Of a stretch of 32,492 nucleotides of DNA, positions 27,014 to 32,492 are shown in pieces; the stretch's first letter is position 1; every line of letters starts with the position of its first letter. Below the pieces are notes generated by a model. The model was not told the origin of the DNA, ran no database searches, and was given only the letters and a program-made list of their open reading frames with translations. The translations under genes were made by a program, and so were the position numbers. The DNA is taken from sequence record SRR2962707_1907. One strand, written 5' to 3'.

Positions 27014-28132
27014 TTATTCACTACGCGCGATAATACCCTTGGCTTCGTCGTCGCGCATTTTTTGCACCTTGGCGCGCACCATCCGTTCCAGTTCGCTCAC
27101 CAGGTCTTCCTGCTTGACGTGGTGGCTTTTCTGGCCGTCCTCGTAGGACAGATTGTTCGGGGTGCCGCCGGTAAGACCGACATCGGCTTCCCGCGCTTCG
27201 CCCGGACCGTTGACTAGGCAGCCGATCACCGCCAGGTCCACGGACTCGTTGATGTCTTCCAGGCGCGCCTCCAATTCGTTGACGGTCTGGATCACATCGA
27301 AGTTCTGCCGCGAACAGCTCGGGCAGGCAATGATATTGACGCCTTTCTTGCGCAGATTGAGGCTCTTGAGAATATCGAAACCGACGCGGATTTCCTCCAC
27401 CGGGTCGGTGGCCAGGGAAATACGGATGGTGTCACCAATGCCTTCCAGCAGCAGACCGCCAAGCGCCACCGCGGATTTCACCGTGCCGGAGCGGAACGTG
27501 CCCGCCTCGGTGACGCCCAGATGCAGGGGTTGCTCCACCTGGGTGGCCAGCTTGCGGTAAGCCTGCAGGGTCATGAAGACATTGGAGGCCTTGACGCTGA
27601 TTTTGAATTCCTGGAAATCGTGGCGGTCGAGAATCTCCGCGTGCCGCAACGCCGACTCCACCAGCGCGTCACTGGTGGGTTCGCCGTATTTGCGTTGCAG
27701 TTCCTTCTCCAGCGAGCCGGCGTTGACCCCGATACGGATCGGAACCCCGTGATCACGGGCGGACTGAATCACCGCCCGCACCCGGTCCTCACGACCGATA
27801 TTCCCCGGGTTGATACGCAGGCAGTCGGCGCCTTCGTCGGCCACCTTCAGGGCGATCTTGTAATCGTAGTGGATGTCCGCCACCAGCGGCACCTGCACCT
27901 GTTTGCGAATCTTGCCGAAGGCCTCGGCGGCGTCCATGGTCGGCACCGAAACCCGCACGATATCGGCCCCCACCTCTTCCAGGCGGCGAATCTGCGCCAC
28001 CGTGGCGTCCACGTCGCAGGTGTCGGTGTTGGTCATGCTCTGCACGGAGATCGGAGCGTCACCGCCAACGGGCACGGATCCCACATGAATCTGCCGGGAT
28101 TTGCGGCGTTGAATGGAAATTTCCGGTTCCAT
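27014..28132 (-). CDS. ispG: (E)-4-hydroxy-3-methylbut-2-enyl-diphosphate synthase
   Basis: [30 protein letters not shown]; start ATG 28132. Confidence 0.99.
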   Translation of the reverse strand: MEPEISIQRRKSRQIHVGSVPVGGDAPISVQSMTNTDTCDVDATVAQIRRLEEVGADIVRVSVPTMDAAEAFGKIRKQVQVPLVADIHYDYKIALKVADEGADCLRINPGNIGREDRVRAVIQSARDHGVPIRIGVNAGSLEKELQRKYGEPTSDALVESALRHAEILDRHDFQEFKISVKASNVFMTLQAYRKLATQVEQPLHLGVTEAGTFRSGTVKSAVALGGLLLEGIGDTIRISLATDPVEEIRVGFDILKSLNLRKKGVNIIACPSCSRQNFDVIQTVNELEARLEDINESVDLAVIGCLVNGPGEAREADVGLTGGTPNNLSYEDGQKSHHVKQEDLVSELERMVRAKVQKMRDDEAKGIIARSE

Positions 28133-28228
28133 ACTGACTCCTGAAGAGCTGAAACGTCTGATCGACTTATCGCGGCCCGGCACCGGGCCGGGCATTCAAC
28201 AGCGTTGGGCGACCACGGTCATACGGGG

Positions 28229-29164
28229 CTACGGTAAAGAGAAACGCAGCACCTGGCCGGATCCGCTGCCGGGCAGGGTTTCCGTCTTGCCGTTGAGTGT
28301 CATCTCGCTGACCGCGGCGGCGTCACCGACGGTCAGCCGATAAGGGGCTTCGCCATTGAGGGACACACGATCCCCGGCGCTTTGCACACCTTCCACCAGG
28401 CGCTTGCCGGTGGCGTCAACGACCCGGATCCAGCAATCGCGGGAAAAAGCCATTTCCAGCCGGTCGCCGCTGGTTTCCGCCATGGCGGCTCCGGTTTCGC
28501 TGTCCGCGCTGTCCGTGGCGGCCTCATCGGCCGGCTCCGGGGTTCCCGCCTGTGGCTCCACCACCGCGGCCCCGCTGTCCATGCCATTATCCTCCGTATT
28601 GGAAGACGGCTCCATGACAGGTTCCGGGGTCACCGTTCCGGAGTCCGGGGAGGGCTCCGACGGCGGTGCCGGGGCCAGGTCCGTATCGGACCCGGTGTCG
28701 GCCGGCGCCGCTGGTGACGGCTCCGGCACCACGGATTCTTCCACCGTATCGGGGTGCGTGCCCACCGGCTCGGGCTCGCCGGCCGAGGGCCATAACCACC
28801 ATGCCAGGGCCAGCAGCAACAGGACCAGCAGCACCAGCAGCAACGGCCAGCGCCAATCGCGCCCGCCGCTCAGCGGTTCATGCACGGATTCGGTGGGCGC
28901 CGGCTCCCGGCGGTTCTGGTTCACATGCTGCTGAAAGCGGGACGCCAGTTCCTCGCCGGGCAGGCCGAGCAGACGGGCGTAATTGCGTAAATACCCTTTA
29001 ATAAAGGGCGGCTCGGGCAAACGCCCGTAGTCATCGTCCTCGAGAGCCTGAAGGTAGCTCATCGAAAGGTGCAGGTGTTCGGACACTTCCTCACGGGTCA
29101 TACCCCGCTCTTCACGCACTCGACGCAACTCGGCGCCGGGCAGTTCCGTCCCTGACTCGCTCAT
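28229..29164 (-). CDS. rodZ: Cytoskeleton protein RodZ (HTH, TM, linker, C-terminal domain)
   Basis: F-x-KGYLRNYARLLGL, TM helix, CWIRVVDA; synteny. Confidence 0.9.
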   Translation of the reverse strand: MSESGTELPGAELRRVREERGMTREEVSEHLHLSMSYLQALEDDDYGRLPEPPFIKGYLRNYARLLGLPGEELASRFQQHVNQNRREPAPTESVHEPLSGGRDWRWPLLLVLLVLLLLALAWWLWPSAGEPEPVGTHPDTVEESVVPEPSPAAPADTGSDTDLAPAPPSEPSPDSGTVTPEPVMEPSSNTEDNGMDSGAAVVEPQAGTPEPADEAATDSADSETGAAMAETSGDRLEMAFSRDCWIRVVDATGKRLVEGVQSAGDRVSLNGEAPYRLTVGDAAAVSEMTLNGKTETLPGSGSGQVLRFSLP

Positions 29165-29940
29165 TAAGGTGCCTCCTGAGCGTCGCGCCACTCCTGCCAG
29201 AGCCGATATTCACGGGAGCCCCGGTGGAGATTCTGCAACGCAAGCTCATAACTGGATTGTTGGTCTTTACGGCCCAACGCATGGGCCAGCCGCACCCCCA
29301 GCCACAACCCGGCGGGGTCCTGTCGACCCACCCGCTGGGTGTATTGTTGGTAATAGTCCCAGCCCAGATCGTAGCGCTGCTCCTGATAATACAGCCGCGC
29401 CAGCTCCAGATTCGGTGTCACGGATCGCGGTTGCAGACGAAGCGCCTTGATAAAGGCTTCTTTCGCCTGCTCCGGCTGGTCCAGGCGCAGATGGCACAGG
29501 CCGATATTGCTATAGGCACTGCCCCGCCCTTCATAACCCGGGTCGTTGGCGACCCGACCGAACAGCTTGAGCGCTTCCTGGTACCGACCCTGGCTGTACA
29601 GCAGGGTTCCGTAGTTGTTCAATGCCGGCGCATAATCGCCGTCGATCCGCAGGGCGCGTTTGTAGTGACGCTCCTCATTCTCCGGATCGCGCTCGTAGTT
29701 ATACAACAAGGCCATGGCATTGTGTGCCTTGGCACTGTTGTCATTGAGTGACAGAGCCCGGGAAAAATGTCGCCGGGCCTCGCTGGGATTGCCCTGCTGA
29801 AGATATTGAAGACCAGCGGCGACGCGGCTGGTGACCGCCTCATCCACCTTGACGTTGTTACGACTGCTCTCCACCGCGCAGCCGGACAGCCAAAGGCCTC
29901 CGGCCAGCACCACAACCAAAGAAAAATGTCGTTTTATCAT
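29164..29940 (-). CDS. pilW: Type IV pilus biogenesis/stability TPR lipoprotein PilW (PilF)
   Basis: Lipobox [16 protein letters not shown] repeats; lies between rlmN and rodZ. Confidence 0.92.
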   Translation of the reverse strand: MIKRHFSLVVVLAGGLWLSGCAVESSRNNVKVDEAVTSRVAAGLQYLQQGNPSEARRHFSRALSLNDNSAKAHNAMALLYNYERDPENEERHYKRALRIDGDYAPALNNYGTLLYSQGRYQEALKLFGRVANDPGYEGRGSAYSNIGLCHLRLDQPEQAKEAFIKALRLQPRSVTPNLELARLYYQEQRYDLGWDYYQQYTQRVGRQDPAGLWLGVRLAHALGRKDQQSSYELALQNLHRGSREYRLWQEWRDAQEAP

Positions 29941-31079
29941 ACGGACGCCGCATTGCCATCGGCCTGTTCGGTGCGGTGAAACACCGATTTTTTCCAACGT
30001 TCGGCACGACGGGTGCGGTCCTGCACCGTGCCCACCAGTTGCCCGCAGGCAGCGTCGATGTCATCGCCGCGGGTGGTGCGTACCGTGGTCAGCAGGCCAT
30101 GGTCATTAAGGAATTTATGGAACTCCAGGATGTCTTTTTTCCGGGAGCGCTCATAGCCAGCGTGGGGGAAGGGATTGAAGGGAATCAGGTTGACCTTTAC
30201 CGGAATGCCGTTGAGCAGCTTGACCAACTGCCGGGCGTGCTCCGGTTTGTCGTTCACGTCACGCAGCATCACGTATTCCATGGTGATGGTGTTGTGACGG
30301 TGGGTAATATTGTCGCTGTAGCGTTTGCAGGCGGCCATCAGTTCCGCCAGCGGGTATTTGCGATTGAGCGGCACCAGTTCGTTGCGCAGCTCATCATTGG
30401 GCGCGTGCAGACTGACCGCCAGCGCCACATCCAGATCCTGGCTGAGCTGGTCGATCTTCGGCACCACGCCGGAAGTGGACAGGGTAATGCGCTTCTTGCC
30501 GATGCCGTAACCCAGGTCGTCCTTCATGATGCGCATGGCGGTAAGCACTTCGCCGTAATTCAACAACGGCTCGCCCATGCCCATCATCACCACGTTGGTG
30601 ATCGGATGCTCGCCCAGATTGCGGCGTGGGCCGAAGGCACGGCCCGCCTGCCAGACCTGGCCGATGATCTCGGCGCTGGTCAGATCGCGCTGAAAACCCT
30701 GTTTACCGGTGGAGCAGAAGCCGCAATCCACGGCGCAGCCCACCTGGGAGGACACACACAGGGTGCCGCGGCGGCCATCGGGGATGAACACGGTTTCCAC
30801 CGCGCCGCCGCCGTCGGCCTCGAACACCCACTTGCGGGTGCCGTCCCGGGAAATACCTTCGTGCAGTACTTTGGGGCCACGAATTTCCGCCACTTCGGTC
30901 AGCTTCTGGCGCAGCGCCTTGCCGACGTCGGTCATCTGGTCAAAATGGTCCGCCTGATGGTGATGGATCCACTTCATCACTTGCTGGGCACGGAACTTCT
31001 TCTCCCCCATTTCGAGGAAGAACGTTTCCATTTGCTCACGGCTGAAACCGAGCAGATTGACCTTTTGCGGGGCACTCAT
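29937..31079 (-). CDS. rlmN: Dual-specificity RNA methyltransferase RlmN
   Basis: C-x3-C-x2-C (CAVDCGFC), [16 protein letters not shown]; start ATG 31079. Confidence 0.99.
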   Translation of the reverse strand: MSAPQKVNLLGFSREQMETFFLEMGEKKFRAQQVMKWIHHHQADHFDQMTDVGKALRQKLTEVAEIRGPKVLHEGISRDGTRKWVFEADGGGAVETVFIPDGRRGTLCVSSQVGCAVDCGFCSTGKQGFQRDLTSAEIIGQVWQAGRAFGPRRNLGEHPITNVVMMGMGEPLLNYGEVLTAMRIMKDDLGYGIGKKRITLSTSGVVPKIDQLSQDLDVALAVSLHAPNDELRNELVPLNRKYPLAELMAACKRYSDNITHRHNTITMEYVMLRDVNDKPEHARQLVKLLNGIPVKVNLIPFNPFPHAGYERSRKKDILEFHKFLNDHGLLTTVRTTRGDDIDAACGQLVGTVQDRTRRAERWKKSVFHRTEQADGNAASV

Positions 31080-31137
31080 GGCTTCCTCCTGCGGCGGCGT
31101 AACGCCCCGCCCTGCGGCGAGGCGTTCACCCACCACC

Positions 31138-31569
<432 letters not shown>

Positions 31570-31815
31570 CGCTGTGTCTTCTCCAGAATTGCATGAATTT
31601 GCATTGCTTGTAGTGAATAGGCGCCCGCGCCATTCGGCCGGCCGCGCCCGTGGACTCGGCCTGGGCGGTCCTCGCCGCGATCCGGGGGCCTGAAACCGGC
31701 GGATTATACGCATCCGGGGTTAAATATGATACCGTTGGCGCCGGTTTCAGGCCCCCGGGGCCACCGCCTATCGATCCCATCGCCACTCTGGATTCCACCC
31801 TGCCGTCGGATCCCG

Positions 31816-31844
31816 TATAATACCTGACTAAATTACTCTGGTAT
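31816..31844 (+). promoter_or_regulatory. sufB -10 box plus IscR/Rrf2 type-1-like operator
   Basis: TATAAT at 31816-31821 overlaps ATACCTGACTAAATTACTCTGGTAT (31820-31844), a close match to the IscR type-1 consensus ATASYYGACTRWWWYAGTCRRSTAT. Confidence 0.72.
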
Positions 31845-31853
31845 TCTGAGATT

Positions 31854-32492
31854 ATGAGCAGCCAAGCCGAACTGGACAAAGTCATCCGCTCCGAGTACGA
31901 GGCCGGATTCACCACCCTGGTGGAGTCCGACACTCTGCCGCCGGGGCTCAGCGAAGACGTCATCCGCTTCATCTCCGCCAAGAAAGGAGAGCCGGAGTGG
32001 CTGCTGGAATGGCGTCTGGAAGCCTACCGCAAGTGGCGGGAGATGCCGGAGCCGGAATGGGCCCACCTGCATTACCCGAAGGTGGACTATGACGCTATCT
32101 CCTACTATTCCGCGCCGAAAAGCATGGAAGACCGGCCAAAAAGCCTGGATGAGGTGGACCCGGAACTGCTCGACACCTACAAGAAGCTCGGCATCCCCCT
32201 GCATGAACAGGAAATGCTCGCCGGGGTGGCGGTGGACGCGGTGTTCGACTCGGTTTCCATCGGCACCACCTTCAAGGAAAAGCTGGCCGAGGCCGGGGTG
32301 ATCTTCTGCTCCATTTCCGAGGCGGTGCAGGAACATCCGGAACTGGTGCGGAAATACCTGGGCTCCGTGGTGCCCAAGAGCGATAACTTCTTCGCCGGGC
32401 TCAACTCCGCGGTGTTCACCGACGGTTCCTTTGTTTACATCCCCAAGGGCGTGCGTTGCCCCATGGAGCTGTCCACCTACTTCCGCATCAAC
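31854..32492 (+). CDS. sufB: Fe-S cluster assembly protein SufB (N-terminal part; runs off the window edge)
   Basis: Manual translation: [19 protein letters not shown]...[25 protein letters not shown]...[11 protein letters not shown]...[31 protein letters not shown]. Confidence 0.97.
   Translation, partial: MSSQAELDKVIRSEYEAGFTTLVESDTLPPGLSEDVIRFISAKKGEPEWLLEWRLEAYRKWREMPEPEWAHLHYPKVDYDAISYYSAPKSMEDRPKSLDEVDPELLDTYKKLGIPLHEQEMLAGVAVDAVFDSVSIGTTFKEKLAEAGVIFCSISEAVQEHPELVRKYLGSVVPKSDNFFAGLNSAVFTDGSFVYIPKGVRCPMELSTYFRIN

Overview
GC-rich gammaproteobacterial chromosome segment. Gene content and order suggest an Alcanivorax-like organism, but this is an inference. The window has three parts. (1) 1-6134: a TetR-associated aromatic-catabolism cluster (MhpA-like FAD monooxygenase, PhyH dioxygenase, VOC dioxygenase, FAA hydrolase, MDR reductase). 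(2) About 6140-12170: a visibly more AT-rich accessory island directly downstream of guaA. It holds a symE toxin gene with a LexA-box promoter and a C4-like antisense RNA leader, plus an integrase-less array of three integron gene cassettes on the minus strand. The cassettes carry a membrane-anchored hypothetical protein, a small protein with a RHIM-like amyloid motif, and a complete three-gene Lamassu/ABC-three-component defence operon of at least 3.8 kb, whose attC is cut by an IS3-like remnant. Cassette boundaries are supported by complementarity between each cassette's first bases and its inverse core: exact for cassettes 2 and 3, two mismatches for cassette 1. (3) 12242-32492: core genes guaA, guaB, xseA, a TonB receptor/periplasmic binding protein/hybrid kinase trio, der, bamB, yfgM, hisS, ispG, rodZ, pilW, rlmN, ndk, and the start of sufB with an IscR-type operator. 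No rRNA, tRNA or CRISPR array was seen. All family calls come from motif recognition by eye, not database searches.
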